Of a DNA stretch of 64,000 nucleotides, positions 1-13,073 are shown piece by piece. Origin of the DNA: Lama glama (Eukaryota). The first letter of the stretch is position 1; each line of letters begins with the position of its first letter. The notes under the pieces are model-generated. The model was not told the DNA's origin and ran no database searches. It saw only the letters and a program-made list of their open reading frames with translations. The stretch spans positions 42,782,001-42,846,000 of the forward strand of contig CM052818.1 of NCBI GenBank assembly GCA_028534125.1. The letters run 5' to 3'. Made by a program: the position numbers and the translations under genes.

Positions 1-142
1 TGGAACCACTCCCCCATTGTGTGGAGCATTTTCCAGGCTTTTCAGGCAGTTCAAACTAAATTTGAAAGCCTGCTCGAATAATGTGAATGAATAGGCACTT
101 GATAGATAAAAATCTCCATTATCCTGCAGAAAGCACCCCAGC

Positions 143-260
143 CTGGGAGTGAGGAAACCTCCTGCTCCCAGTCAGCCATCTACCTCCGCATGACCTTGGA
201 CAACTCACTTTTCTCAGGGTCTCAGTTTTCCTGTTTGTTTGTAAAATAAGACATTGTTAG
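143..260 (+). mobile_element. MIR SINE fragment
   Basis: TGACCTTGGACAACTCACTT...TCTCAGTTTTCCT...GTAAAAT resembles the MIR core. Confidence 0.6.
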
Positions 261-496
261 ATAGTGAGACCAACTTCTCTCAGTTTTCTCAGGACTGATC
301 TAGTTTTAAAACTGAAATTCTTGATTCCAGGAGCTCCCCCTCAGCACCTCCACAGTGGGCAGGTTCCCTAACATTGAGATACGTGATGTCAGTGTCCCCT
401 TCCAGTTTAGATCTCCAACTCCAAGTCCCTCCCCCTCTAGTCTTGGGTTTCCCATCTGTAAAACTCTTGATCTGGATTCACGAGGGGACTGAAGCA

Positions 497-588
497 TGGG
501 GTCACTAACTATGCTGATTTCCAGGCTGAAGTCCCATGGCCTGGGGAATCCCTCAGTCCCAGGCAAACTGGGACAACTGGTCACACTA
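497..588. mobile_element. hAT-Blackjack MITE (MER94-like)
   Basis: GAAGTCCCATGGCCTGGGGAATCCCTCAGTCCCAGGCAAACTGGGACAACTGGTCACACTA resembles the MER94 terminal region. Confidence 0.6.
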
Positions 589-1420
589 TGGACGAGGCCC
601 CTTCCTGCTCCGACCTCCTAGGTCTTTGTGCTACAGGCTCACATGCTGCAGTGGCCAGGCCTGACCTCACCGGCCAGATGAACCCCTGGTTCTCAGAACG
701 TGGTGAGCAGGAAGGGCTGAGCTGGCAGGGTTCCGAGGCTCATGGTAAGTTCTTCAAGGTGTCTCTTCCCCGGCAACTCCACATAAAACTGTTTAATAAG
801 ACAACAACTAAATCGCTGTCCTGGTTTCACACATGTGTTTGCACAGGAAAATAGCTCACATGGTTTTCTGATGAGGGGCTATAATCAAGCTCAAAAGAAA
901 AAACTCGTGCTGGACTCTGGTGTGGACCAAATTACTCTATTTCTGGAAGATAATCCTATGATCCTTAACCAAATGACTGATACTAGGAAGGAGACTCACG
1001 CTGGCACTTCCAGGATAGAGGTCAATACAGGTGACCTGGCTTGGTTATTGTTAGGATTCCTTGGGGAGGTGGTAGAAAGAGCCTAAAACTTGGAGCAAAA
1101 CACTTGGGATCACACGCTGATGCCACCAGTTACTTGACTGGGACACTTCAGTGGTTCTCAGTTCAAGGAACCTCACTACCTTTCTGTCGAAAGCGATGAA
1201 GGTGCAGTGGTCGATGGTATCATTTTTCAAAATATCCTCTGCCCCTCCCGGGGCTGCCTCTCCCTAAGGGGACACTCCTTGTATAAGGGGGTCATTTTTC
1301 CCACCCATTGACATCAAGCTTAGCTCTGTGATACCCTTAGGGCCAAGGGGATGTGAGCAGAAGCTTTGGGAGGTGGCTTGTGCTTCGCCGTCATCTCTTT
1401 TCTCTCTGCAACAAGATTGG

Positions 1421-2010
1421 TCTATTAGTTTGCTAGGCTCATTAATAACCTACAACAAACTGTGTGGTTTCAACAGTAGAAATCTCTGTCTCACAGTCAG
1501 GAGGCTGGAGGTCTGAGATCAAGGTGTCAGCATGACTGGTTTCTTCCTAGGTTTTTTTGATTAAATTTTTTTGGGGATAGGTAACTAGGTTTATTTACTT
1601 ATGTATGTATTTTTAATGGAGGTACTAGGGATTGAACCCACCCAGGACCTTGTGCTTGCTAAGCACGCTCTCTACCGCTGAGCTATACCCTCCCTGCTCT
1701 TCCCAGGTTTGTAACAAAGAATCTGTTCCATGACTCTCCCCTGCTGTTTGGTAGCTTGCTGGCGATCTTTGGCATTCCTTGGTTTGATCCCTACCTCATC
1801 TTCATATGGTGTTATCCCTGTGTGTCTGTCTCTGTGTCCAAATTTCCCCCTTTTATGAGGATGTCAGTCATACTGGATTAGGGCCCACTCTAGTGATCTT
1901 ATCTTAACTTGATCAACTACAAAGATTCCATTTCCAAATAAGGTCACATTCACAGGTGCTGATGGGTTAAGACTGCAGTATCTTTTGGGAGACACAGTAT
2001 ATTCCATGGC
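1421..2010 (-). mobile_element. MaLR LTR (MLT1C/D-like), interrupted by a SINE
   Basis: TATTAGTTTGCTAGGCT...TCTCACAGTCAGGAGGCTGGAGGTCTGAGATCAAGGTGTCAGCA...GTCCAAATTTCCCC...GGATTAGGGCCCAC...CCAAATAAGGTCACATTCACAGG. Confidence 0.8.
1555..1697 (-). mobile_element. tRNA-derived camelid SINE (Vic-1-like)
   Basis: Minus reads GGGAGGGTATAGCTCAGCGGTAGAG...GGTTCAATCCC (A/B boxes) plus A-rich tail; TSD TCTTCC(T/C)AGGTTT at 1542-1554 and 1698-1710. Confidence 0.85.
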
Positions 2011-2374
2011 AACCAGCCATGGCACAGTTAGGGCTACTCTGTCAGCCTGAATCCTAGAATAAAAATATTGTGGAGCAGGGTGATGGCCAGCCCATACTGG
2101 ACATGTATATGAGCGAGAAATACATCTTTGTTTTTACAAGCCACTTTGATTTAGGCATTTTTATTGCTGCAGCAAAACAAAAAAACCAACTCAATGGCAT
2201 TGCTGTGAAAATGAAATTAAACAAGGGACATGAAAGAGGTTTGAAACTTGCATATCCTTCTATAGAAGTGAGGGGTAATGCTGATAATTTTTTCCAGTTC
2301 CCAGCCCACATCATAATGGAATTTCATTTCGGAATATTGAGATCCCCAGTATTCAAATGGAAAGACACTAAATT

Positions 2375-3530
2375 CTGAGTCAGAAGGACTTTCTGACCCA
2401 GGCTCTGGTGTTGCTTGACTTTGGGGAGACCCTTCTTGCTACCAAGGTTCAGTTTACCCATCTGTAAAGGGAAGGATTTGTACTTCTCATGATTTCAAGT
2501 TCCTTTCCAACTCTGATATTGTGAGCTTTGCTCACATTTATCACTATTTGCTGGATGGGTTAGATCGCTCTGGTTTGGCCCAGAATCATTTAGCTGCCAA
2601 ATGTGTGGCTTTTGGAAGCACACTGTTTTTTCTGAAGGGCAGCTGTGTCTGAATAGCTAATGGATTTAATCAAAGAGGCAGTAAACACTGCCTCTTCAAG
2701 ATATGACTATGTCAAAGAATTATCTCAGATAGCTCCATCCCAGGAAATGAATGGGATTGTCCTCCTGAGTCAGGAGCTACAGAATGCCTGCCCCAGTGAT
2801 TGGGGTTTCTTTGAGGAACAACAGGCTCCAGGAGAAGTGGCCAAGTGTGGTCTGCCTCAGAGAAAAGGAGCGGCCTTAGACAGCGCAGCCCATGTGGGAG
2901 ACATTCCAGCTCTGAGTCTAACAACCGTTATGACCTTGGGCAACTCTGCTTCTGGGAGTGACAGTTGGCTCATCTGAAAAATGGGACTAAAAAAAGATAG
3001 CTTGTGAGGATCCCAGGAATTTGGGTAAGGTCCATGGAGTGGTTTCAAAAAATGGACAGGTTTTGCAAATGCTCTAATTTTTAAAGGAGTGCATCATAAA
3101 ATGCAGAGCGAGCTTTGGAGTAACCTATGGGATTTAATCCTCCCTCTCCCAGTTACCCTGGGCAAATCAGGTGACCTGTTAGAGCTCAACTTTCCTCATC
3201 TGTTAAATAGGGATAATTATCCCTACTCCATAGGGCTGTTGGGAGGATTAAATGAGATTTTATAAACCTAGCAGAGCCCTCTATGCATGTCGAATAACAG
3301 CAGTTTTCATGTTTTGTTGACTTTTGATAGACTTGAAAATAATACATAAAATTAAAATTAAGAAGACATTTTTGACATCTTCTAGTCCATCCTTTTGCAG
3401 ATGCAATAGCGTGGTAACAAAGGGAAACTGGCTGTCCTGCCCAAAGTCACACAGCTAGCAAGTTACACACGTGGGACGAGAACCCATGTTTCCTAACACC
3501 TTTTTTGGTGCTCCTTCTACTTCACTATGC
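2375..3530. mobile_element. Cluster of MIR/MIR3 fragments (~2375-2525, ~2885-3050, ~3110-3300 plus; ~3370-3530 minus)
   Basis: Recurring CTCATCTGT(A/T)AAAT(A/G)GGGA, TGACCTTGGGCAA and CCCAAAGTCACACAGCTAG motifs. Confidence 0.65.
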
Positions 3531-4595
3531 TTTTGGTGAATATCTTTCACTCCAAACATGTGGGGTCCAAGGGGTGTATCACATATGAAACCCAAACTTA
3601 GAGCCCCTAGGCTCTCTCTCCTCTGCACCCCTTTGCCCTTTTGGCCCAGTGTGGTTGGACTGAAAGGAACTGGCCAAGATGATTAAGGTAGAACTTCCCA
3701 GGCGGTTGTGCTAATCAGTTATCTTCATTCTAGTTTTAATATTTATGAATAGTGTTTATTTGCCACAAGATAAATCTTTCACAGTTTGTTTATTCTCTTT
3801 CACGTTTGGATTTTCCCTTTGGGAGGTTGAAACATTGCTAAGATACTTGGTAGCAGGCAGGGATCGGTTAGGGCCAGGGTGAGGGAGGACATGACCCACT
3901 ACTGAAGGAATTCTTATGAGAAGCCTTCACACATTATTTTCTGCTCTTCTTTCCCATCACCACCTGCTCCCCAGTTCAGCTCACCACATCCTGCAAGTCT
4001 CTCTCGTGAAATCTTATGCCCTTTTCTGGGGGGAAATTGCTAAGGTTGTCACTAACTTGAGTGGTGACAAGGGGGTGGATGATCAGGAAATAGTGCTCAT
4101 TTGTTCTTTTTCTCCCCTGGTGCACCCCACTGGCTCATGATAAAAGATCCCCCCACTCTTGGAAGCCTTGAAAAGAAAATGTTTATTTTCTCTACTTTAC
4201 TCTCTCCTCCCCAGAGGAGGAGAGACCTGCATGATTGACACCATCCAGGATCAGGGCCTGGAGATGCACAGCCCCTCCTCTGCTCTCTGCTACCTGCAGG
4301 GCTGCTGTGTCTCCAGCTCCTCTTCCATGTGATGAGTCACCAGGACAAGCTCTGCTCCTGGTGAGGGGAGCCCCTGATCCTCCTGGAACCATACTGTGAC
4401 TGAGCAAGTAAATTCAGTGGCAGCTCTAGAGCTGCGGGAGGCGTTGGCGGGGAGAACAGGCTGTAAAGCACATTTTGGCCTCTGGTCCCAACCACCTCCA
4501 ACTTCACTGGTCCATTTTTACCTGCAATCAAGCTGATGTTTCGATCCTGACTCCTGTATATGTTTCCCAGCAGGTTTTGAAGCCCTTTCAGATTT

Positions 4596-4790
4596 TTCAT
4601 TTATTTGGCCAATAAATATTTGACTGTGCACTGTTTACCAAGCACTTCAAAGCCCTGAGGATGGAGAGAAAATTAAGACCTGGTCCCCGCCCTCAAGAAG
4701 GCCATGGTCTTGATTACACACACACAGAATTAGGATATAAGGTGGTAGTTCTCAGATTTGTATAGGATGCCACAGAAGTATAGAAAATGA
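4596..4790 (-). mobile_element. L2 3' fragment
   Basis: TCATTTATTTG...AATAAATATTTGACTG...AGACCTGGTCCCCGCCCTCAAGAAG. Confidence 0.55.
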
Positions 4791-4820
4791 GGTATCAAGA
4801 ATAATTTAAAAAGTTGGAGA

Positions 4821-5058
4821 TACTAACTATTATATATAAAATAGATAAATAGCAGGGTCCTACCTTATAGCACAGGAAACTATATTCAATACCTTCTAAT
4901 AGCTTATAATGAAAAAGAATATGAAAAGTTATACATATGTATAACTGAGTCACTATGCTGTACACCAAAAATTAGCACAACATTGTAAATTGACTATACT
5001 TCAATTTTTAAAAAATACCTTCCCTAACTCTGAAAAAAGAAAAAAAAAAACTAAGAAA
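4821..5058 (+). mobile_element. 5'-truncated artiodactyl-type L1 3' end
   Basis: TATAAAATAGATAAA...TATAGCACAGGAAACTATATTCAATACC...TGACTATACTTCAAT plus A tail; approximate TSD AAAAAG(T/GC)TGGAGA on both sides. Confidence 0.85.
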
Positions 5059-5489
5059 AAAAGGCTGGAGAAAACATCCTGTAGAAGGTCATGTGACCTG
5101 AGTACTGAAGGTAAAGTAGGCATTCATTAAAGGAAAACATGGGGATCGAACAGGAAGAAAACATTCAAGGAAGATGCAGTAGAGCACCGTGCACGTGGGA
5201 TACTGTGAGTAGTTAGCGTTGCTAGAACTTAGAGCGCAAAGTAGGTCGTCCTCACTGGGTTCAAAATTCATTGCAAGTGCTTGTTATTTATGCAAAGAGT
5301 GATGGCTTATTCTCTCCTCCGCCCCAGGAGCCTCTCTGCACGTTTCCCCTTTGCTTCATCTCGTAGCAGTTAAGTTGGTCATTTTTCATGGTGTCCATTT
5401 GTGTGCAGTGCATGTCGCTGAAGTCTGCTTTTTGTTTTGACCTTCAACATCCTTCTGCTGTAGACTGAATTATAGGATTGTTTACCTTT

Positions 5490-5957
5490 TCCTGTGTAAT
5501 TTGGCCACTGCCCCTACAAGAGACAGTGATTTTCCCCCGGCTAAGGCCCAGTCATGTGCCTTGCTTTCCCCAATGGGCTTTTAGTAGATGTGATAAAAGC
5601 CGGGACTTGGAACACACTTGTGCAGAGGACCTTGCCCGCTTGCTTGTCCATCATGGCCATAAGATCCCCTTCCCTGCTCCACGCCAGAAAAATTAGACCT
5701 CAACGTGATCCGAGGCAGCTACATCACTTCAGACTACACCCAAGAATGAGACACACAGAGCAGATCTGAAGAGCTGTACCAGCTGGACCTACAACTCCAA
5801 GCAAGGCCAGCCCAGGTCAGCCCCACCAGAACTGAGGATGAGAAGCAAGCCCCGCTGGGATCAGCAGGGCGCCTCACATCTGACTGTGAGAGAAAAATAA
5901 GCCTGCGAGTTGCCACCAAGGTTTGGGGATTGTTTCTTATACAGAAATGGCTGAAAT
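5490..5957 (+). mobile_element. MaLR LTR (MLT1H/I-like)
   Basis: CCCAGTCATGTGCCTTGCTTT...CAATGGG...GTAGATGTGA; ends GTGAGAGAAAAATAAG...GGTTTGGGGATTGTTTCTTATACAG. Confidence 0.6.
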
Positions 5958-6179
5958 GTCCTCCGTCTCTCCTTGGTCTATGTTGCCTGAGGAATTGCTT
6001 GGCAAACTTTCAAATGCTCTATACCTGGCTGACCAGGGATTTCAGCAGAATAATAGTTACGGTGATTAGTGTCCTTTAGCAACTCATAAATAAATTGTTC
6101 TTAGAACTTTGACAAGAAGAAACTGTGCAGGTTATTATCTGTTATCCCCACAGTGTATGTCACTAGGTGTTAATAATAG

Positions 6180-7862
6180 TTGAAAAGTGCAATAAGAAAA
6201 GCAAAGAGATCCTAATAGAAAAGTATTTAAAAGCACTATCTAAATAAGTCCTTTTTAAAGGGAAATAAATACTATATTATGCTTATTAGAAACTTCATGA
6301 AATAAACACATAGAAAATGTAGAGAATGGAACAGAGTGAAATGAATAATTCTGACAATTTCATCATTTAAAAGATCCCAATGCATTAAGTTAATTAAGCA
6401 TGAAGTTTCGGGAATTTTAGTAAGTACAGGAACAAAAACAACATTGAAGGAACCATGGGGGGAAGTTGACATAAATCAGAAGGTAATAAATTTATAAACA
6501 GATAAGTAGAATTTATAAATTCAAAACATGATTTAAAAATTAGATTAAGAATCATGGAACACTCTCTGCTAAAACATTTGTTTATCCCCCTTCAAAAAAC
6601 CCTCATTTTCTGTAAAAACATAAATGACTAAAAGTGATTCAGGAAGAGTGAAAAACCTGAATAAACCATGGAATTGAAAAAACTTGTATAAAAATTATAC
6701 TTCTGCATGATACCAGGCTTGGACCATTTTATTTATCTTCTGTTTTCATGTAATAATTTGTATGCTGTTGAAATGGTTCTAAAGAAGAGAAAAGTCAGAA
6801 ATACTCACAAATTCATTTTTCCAAAACCTGACATTGATAACACAGAACAAGGAACCAGGATCTCACCTGTAATTTTGAAAATAGATGGGAGAAAAGCCTT
6901 TATAAAATACCAAGAAGTTGAAATCCCAAAGTATATTTTAAGAGCGGTATACTATGACTGCATAGGTTTTATTCTTGGAACGAAAGGCTTTTACAAAATT
7001 AGTTGTATTATTTTAATATATCATGTTGATATGTTAGAGAAGGAATATTTTCATCATCTGATAAAGTGCTGAGAAGTCACTTAATGAAATCCATTCCCCA
7101 CCCATTCCAGATAAATGATGAAAAGAAAAAACACACCGTGATATGTAGTGAACTAGGCGTATAAAGACACTTCTTAAACCTTATAAAGACTATCTACAGT
7201 AAAGAACTAACTGAATACTAATGTTGAATCATTACAGGTCTTTCTATTAAAATTAGGAGCAAGTCAAGATTTTTAAAAAGCCCATTATTACACCCTTTCA
7301 AGACACTTTAGATAATTCAGTGATATATGCAACAGATAGAAAAGTTTTAGTGATTAAAAAGAAGTAAAATTATCACTGGTAGAAGATGATATGATGATGA
7401 TTTATATAGTAAATCCAAGATAATTAAGTATCTGGAATATTCAAGAGAATCAGCAACCTGTTCAAATGAACACATGAATTGAGTAACTTAGCTGTGCAGG
7501 GGTGGGGTGGGAAGGAATAAAATTACAAAAGAAAAAAAAAATGGTTGAATCGCTCCATACCCAGGAATAGCAAGAAGACGCAAGTCTACATGAGGAAACT
7601 GAAAGTATTCACAGCAAGACACGAAGGAGATATGAATAAATGGGAAGATACGTCATGCCTTCAACTGGGAAGAAAAACATGTCAATTATCTTTGCATTTC
7701 ATTATAGTCCAATTTTTATTCAGTGGATCATTTTTAGAATTCAAAGTGGTTCTAATCCAGAGAAATAAGTAAATAGCAGAGGAAATTTTGAGGTTGATGG
7801 AAATCTTGAATATTTTTCCCACCAGATGTTGGAAAATGTTTTAAAATGATAATAATTAAAAC
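6180..7862 (+). mobile_element. Highly decayed L1M ORF2 (RT region) remnant; resumes at ~8270-8465, ~9195-9780 and possibly ~11700-11990
   Basis: Degenerate DNA for L1 RT motifs: CATAGGTTTTATTCTTGGAACG (VGFIPG), GCTGAGAAGTCACTTAATGAAATCCAT (AEKAFDKIQ), AGAAGTAAAATTATCACTGGTAGAAGATGATATG (EVKLSLFADDM). Confidence 0.75.
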
Positions 7863-7879
7863 AGCATGCAGCTATTGCT

Positions 7880-8265
7880 GTGCACAAACTGGGTAATTGG
7901 AGGAGAGTTTAACAAAGGGGCTACTGACAAAAATGTGAGCAGATTTTGGGGAAACTAAAAAGGGATTGTGTAATATCCAGGCCAGCAATAGGCAAGAATC
8001 CTTAGGTGGGAAGGGGTGGGGGAAGGGCAGTTACAAAACCAATGAAAGGACCATTGACAGGACGAGTTCTTCAGCTGAGGGACAGGCTAACCCAAGGCCA
8101 CGTCACCGGGGAGAATACTCCAACATCACTCCTCTTTCCTCTGCATCCTAGGATATCTCCCAACCAGAAGCCAGGGTGCTGTTGAGGTCAGCAGATGGGG
8201 GGCAGTCAGAGTGGGACATATTGGCTAGATCCAGAGAGTGCCTCTTGAATGGCAACTGAAATATC
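7880..8265. mobile_element. Old ERVL-type LTR fragment inserted in the L1M
   Basis: CAAACTGGGTAATTGGAGGAGAGTTTAACAAAGGGGCTACTGACAAAAATGTGAGCAG resembles old ERVL LTRs and interrupts the L1 remnant. Confidence 0.45.
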
Positions 8266-8479
8266 ACGCTAAATGCCAGAACTGACAATGGATCAAAATA
8301 GACAGTCTAAAGTAGACTCTAAAATATTTATTTATTCATTCAGAAAATATTCATTGAGTGCCTACTCAATGCATAAGAGCATTAGTGTAAGTCAATAAGA
8401 AAAACAAGATTATTCAATAAATACCACTAGAAAATTGAGTAGCCTTTGGGAAAATCAGGTCAGTGTCTGTGCAGAACTG

Positions 8480-9205
8480 TGCACATGGACTCATCCAGCA
8501 CCCACTCCCATCTCTTTCTAGCTTGGCTTCCTGTATCGCAGACAGAGGCTGAGAAGCCTAAAATCTCAGGCTAGCTATTACAGTAATTGACTTGCTCCTA
8601 ATGTTAACAGGAATGTTCCTAAGAGCACAGATTCTGGAGCCAGGCAGTGTGGGAACAAATCCCAATCTGCCGTCCATTCACTGCTTGGTATGGGGGCAGT
8701 TCCTTTCTGTGTCTCAGTTTCTTCATATGTAAAATGGGGATAAAACAATACCTACCTCGGAGGATAGTGTAAAAATTAGTTAACATCTGTGAAAGCACTG
8801 GCACTCAATAAGCATCACATAGTGTTAGCTGTTAGTCTACTGAGCAGACTCTCTTGCAGCTAGCATTCAGCATGTGGCAAAGGTGATATCCAGGAGCTGC
8901 AGCTGTGAATCTTGGGAAGGCAGAAGTGGGCACCATGAAGTGGCAAACAGTGCCCAGGAAGCTTGTTCTTGTGGTAGAAATACTTGATTATTCTGATCAG
9001 TTGTTGTGGGGTTCCTTATTCTGGTCCCCAGCATGCAGCAGTAATGCGTTTCCCCTCAGATGCTCCCATGATGTGAATGTGAATACTTTGTCTGTGATGC
9101 TGTTTGGCATCCAGCCCTCCTGGTAATTCATTAAATTAGCTTAAACTCCTTAGTAAATCCCTCTCTGCTTAAAGCAGCGAAACTAGCTCTGTGTGACCAG
9201 CCCAG
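8480..9205 (+). mobile_element. LTR33-like ERVL LTR interrupted by a MIR
   Basis: CTCTTGCAGCTAGCATTCAGCATGTG...; 3' end TAAATCCCTCTCTGCTTAAAGCAGC. Confidence 0.5.
8612..8836 (+). mobile_element. Near full-length MIR
   Basis: TAAGAGCACAGATTCTGGAGCCAG...TCTCAGTTTCTTCATATGTAAAATGGGGATAA...TGTTAGCTGTTA. Confidence 0.85.
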
Positions 9206-11051
9206 ACCATTGCCTTATGTCAAAATAAAACCCAGATAATTAAGTACTTGATTATGAAAAGTAAAGCCGTTTAAGAAATGATCAGAAAATAAATATCACC
9301 TCGTAAAGGACCTTGGCTTGAAAAAAGGAAAAAACTGTAAATATAAAAACACTGGAAGAAAATCTTGAGAGATTTGACCACATAGTTTATATGTTAAAGA
9401 TCATCATTAAAATTAAAATACATGTAGTAGGTTAAGATTTCAACAAATTTGACAATGGTCCTATTCTTAACATATTAGAGTTTATATAGAATATTACAAA
9501 AATATTAAAGCAGCAATAAAAATGAATCTAAAAGACATCATCAGATAATTTATATCAAAATAAATGCAGTATATATAAAACATGTATTTACTGGTAACTT
9601 AGAAATGCAAAGGAATCATTTAGAAGTGAGGAATTTGCCAAATTGGCAAAGTAAAAAGGATTTATCTTTATTCTGGCAATGAGGGAGTGAGATAATATTC
9701 TCATTCTCTGTTGGTGGGACTATAAATTGGTAAAGTCATCCTGGAGGACAATTGGGTAATATTTACCAAGATTTTATGTAGTCTCCTCCTGGCTTTAAAA
9801 GCAGGCCACTCAACCATGCTTCACGCTATGGCTGCTCATAGAAAACAACTTGAAAACAAAATCTGTTTCAGGCAATTGCCCATAGCTACTCATGAACTAC
9901 TCTGAGTGTGGCCCTCTGCAGCGCCCCCTGGCTTCTGAATCCCAGCTCCAGACACCAACTCTGGATTCAAGAGCTTTTGGACCCTCAATTATGCCGAACT
10001 GTTCAGACTTCTCTAGTTTTCAGATTCATTTTGACATCTCACCAATACTCTGGTTTCCCGGTGTCTCCTTCAAACTCAGAATGAGGTCCCTTCCATTTCT
10101 CCCAACCACAGGGACAACCTCATCTCAACTCGCTGGCCCACCCTGCTGGCTGACTTCCTCTCCATCCCTCTTCATCCTTTTTCTCATGTTAGGCAAGGAA
10201 TATTGGAACAGCTCTCATTCTAGATCCCAAGTTGATTCATTTTTGCCAAATGCAAAAGTTAATACTATATAACTTCCAGAATAAGCATAACTGAAAAGGC
10301 TTCTTAGTTACTAAATGGTGTTTTTTTTTTAAATTCCTTTTCTATTATGGTATGTGACCAAATCTCTTATATACTGTCTCTTCCTGACCACTTTCAAAAA
10401 TGCAATTTCTTCAACTGTATTTTCTGTAGCAGCTCATTAAGCTTTTAGGGTGATTTCCATTCCCCTCAAATATTTTTAGATTCCTCCTCCTCTGGGGATG
10501 TAAAATTCCCTACTTCTCATTTATGAATCAAGGATTTTGAGAATTACTGCTTTAGCAATTTAGAAACTTCCTATCTTCCTTTTCTCCAAATTTTGAACAA
10601 ACTGAGTTCTCTTTAAATGGAGAAAGAACGGTAAAGGTGCTTTTTATATTTATCCTCTATTCCTCACTATAGCTCCACTTAATACAGGTCACTTTATAAT
10701 GGTGAATTCTCTGTAGAAATCAAAATGAATTTTGAAGAGAGGATGAATGGGGTAGATTAAATGGCAAGTGTAGCCAGTCAGACAGCGATCTTTACTTTCT
10801 CATTTCGGCACCTTTAATAGCCTTTCTGAAGCATTGTGTTGACTGTCCTGTGGGGGAGAGGTAGCTGTGGATATTCATCTGAAGACTGCCCACTTACAGG
10901 TTAAAATAGGATAATAACCCCTTAGAGGTGACTTACCTTACTTTCTTAAATGCTAAAAAACCACCAACAGCAAAACAAAACAAAAACAAAAACAGAAAAC
11001 ATATCTCTAGTCAAAATCAGCTTCTTACTTTCTCATATTTATCAGCAATCA

Positions 11052-11152
11052 GGATGGGAAAGGGTATAGCTCAGTGGTAGAGTATGTGCTTAGCATGCAC
11101 AAGGTCCTTGGTTCAATCCCCAGTACCACCAATAAAAAAAAATCTTAAAAGA
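11052..11152 (+). mobile_element. tRNA-derived camelid SINE (Vic-1-like)
   Basis: GGGTATAGCTCAGTGGTAGAGTATGTGCTTAGCATGCACAAGGTCCTTGGTTCAATCCCCAGTACC plus A tail. Confidence 0.85.
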
Positions 11153-12239
11153 AAAAATCACAATGGCTACCCCATATTTGTATTTATCTAAATTTTTTAC
11201 TGAGTAAACTTAAAAAGAACCTATTACACAAGAAAGAAGAAAATGAAATGATAATAATTTACAGCCAACCATACTATACAGAAAAAAAGTCTATTCATTA
11301 TTGCTAGATGCATGTAAGTTCAGTCAACAGAAAATTATCAAATATCTTCTGAAAGTGTCCCTCACAACATATTAGGGGGCAAAGAACAGGTGAGGCTGGA
11401 ATGCAGGAAGTGTTACAGTTGAAATGTGCATAGAGTGTTACTGGGATGGAGGAGGAAGGGTGACCAGTACTACCGAAAGTTCTGCAGAGTTTTATAGATG
11501 ACAGGTGAGTTTGAATGTAGAGCAGGAGGAGTCCATCCGGAGAGGACAAAAAGTTTACTAGAGAGGACAGAAATATTGGAGAGTAAAAATGGCAAAGACC
11601 ATGGCAGAGAGGCAAGGTGGAAAGGGACTCCATGGGGAGTTATGACAGTTATGAGGACAGCCTCTTGACGGCTTCTGTGCAAAGTAGATCAACATCCAAA
11701 ATGTGTCCAAACCCTTCTGTCCTGTGGTATTCTTCCTAGACGACTATTTCAAGGAAATAATGTAAAAGAAGAGGAAAAAGGACCCCAAGACATGCAAAGC
11801 AATTGATAGCAGGTATTTATAATAATAAAATGAGACACAATCTCAAAGTCCAGCTATTCAGAACACTTTATCTTAAAATAAATATTGTGAAATAAAGAGC
11901 TTGCAAGTTTCATTAGACCTCAGAAGAATGTCCCCGCATGGGTGAAAAATGGTGTGACTGTTATGAGTATAGTTGTATGAAACCTAGAAGCAGAAGAATT
12001 AAAAGTAGGAAAGAATTATAAACAGGGACAAACATTGTCAAAATAAGTTCCTTGGTTTTCATTTACAAGGTTTTAGGATGGTTTAATAGTCAATTTTTAA
12101 AACACTTGTTCTAGTCCACAAGCAAAGAAACTTCAGTCTAGTGAATTCTAAGCTTCTGAACTTGGGCTTGGACTTGGACCTTGAATCCAAATTTCCCTTT
12201 TAGGGTAACAGTCAGCTTTCAGTCAGCTATAAACACCGT

Positions 12240-12480
12240 GTTGAAGTTCACAGGACACATTCACCATGATACCCTATATTGGTCATAACTTAAGTCTAAC
12301 ACTTTTCAGAGGGTTGAAATCATACAGAAGATATTAACTCTTTTTTTTTAACTGGAATTAAAGTAGAAATAAGATATCTCAACCATATTTGAAAACCAAG
12401 GAACATACTTCTAAACTCTTGGGTCAAAGAAAAAGAATAATAAACCCAATAAACACAAATTATTAGGAGTGAAGAGGGAC
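12240..12480 (+). mobile_element. Decayed L1 ORF2 endonuclease-region fragment
   Basis: Degenerate DNA for HGTFSKIDHILGH / KRIEIIQ / GIKLEI / LLNNPWVKEE-like motifs. Confidence 0.65.
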
Positions 12481-12897
12481 ACACCACTACAGAGTCGACA
12501 GACTTTCAAAGAGTAAGTATACATATAAATCTGTATGCTCTTGAAATTAACAACTGACTGAAATTGACATATTCCATGAAAATCTTCATGGGTGATTGTA
12601 ATACACAGCCAAGTTGATAATCTCTGATCAAAAGGATGCCATATATTCATAACTGACTGGTATCTGGCTATTTCTCCAATCCATCCCCTCATACCTCCAA
12701 TTTGCTCGCATCTTTTTCTTACTTAAAATCTTCAAAGGCTCTAGTTTTCCCACAGGGTAATGTCCTGGCTTCTTAATTTGAAGGAAAAAAAAAATACACA
12801 CACTTCATGATCTGTTTCTTATTTACTTACCCGGCTTCTTGTGTTGTCATTCTCTCCTTTATCTCATGTTCCAGCTATAAACCCCCCAAAAATTAAG

Positions 12898-13040
12898 TAC
12901 CACATTTTATTGATTCTGAAGTATACATTTTTCATAGTCCCAGATCTCTGATATTGGGATGTGTTTTATAATCAGTGAAATCATAGAACAAATTTGCATG
13001 TTATTTTTCCTTAGTGGTGCCTATACTAATAATGTAATAC
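12898..13040. mobile_element. TcMar MITE (MER104-like)
   Basis: TACCACATTTTATTGATTCTGAAGTATACATTTTTCA...ATCTCTGATATTGGGATGTGTTTTATAATC...TTCCTTAGTGGT. Confidence 0.55.
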
Positions 13041-13073
13041 CCATAGGTGCTAGGCTTTCTTTCATGCCCTTTT

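Larger units (their letters stand above)
1240..2180 (+). mobile_element. Old MaLR LTR (MLT1J/K-like), split by a younger MLT1C/D-like LTR
   Basis: 5' part ~1240-1420 (CCCATTGACATCAAGCTTAGCTCTGTGA...); 3' part ~2012-2180 ending GAGAAATACATCTTTGTTTTTACAAGCCACT...TTATTGCTGCAGCA. Confidence 0.55.

Noticed and set aside
6707..7072. 121-aa ORF with RT-like words
   Set aside because: Decayed L1 ORF2 remnant with frameshifts and stops around it.
11056..11130. tRNA-like sequence (also at ~1620-1695, ~35735-35800, ~38760-38830)
   Set aside because: A-rich tails, TSDs at most copies and multiple diverged copies identify these as SINEs, not tRNA genes.
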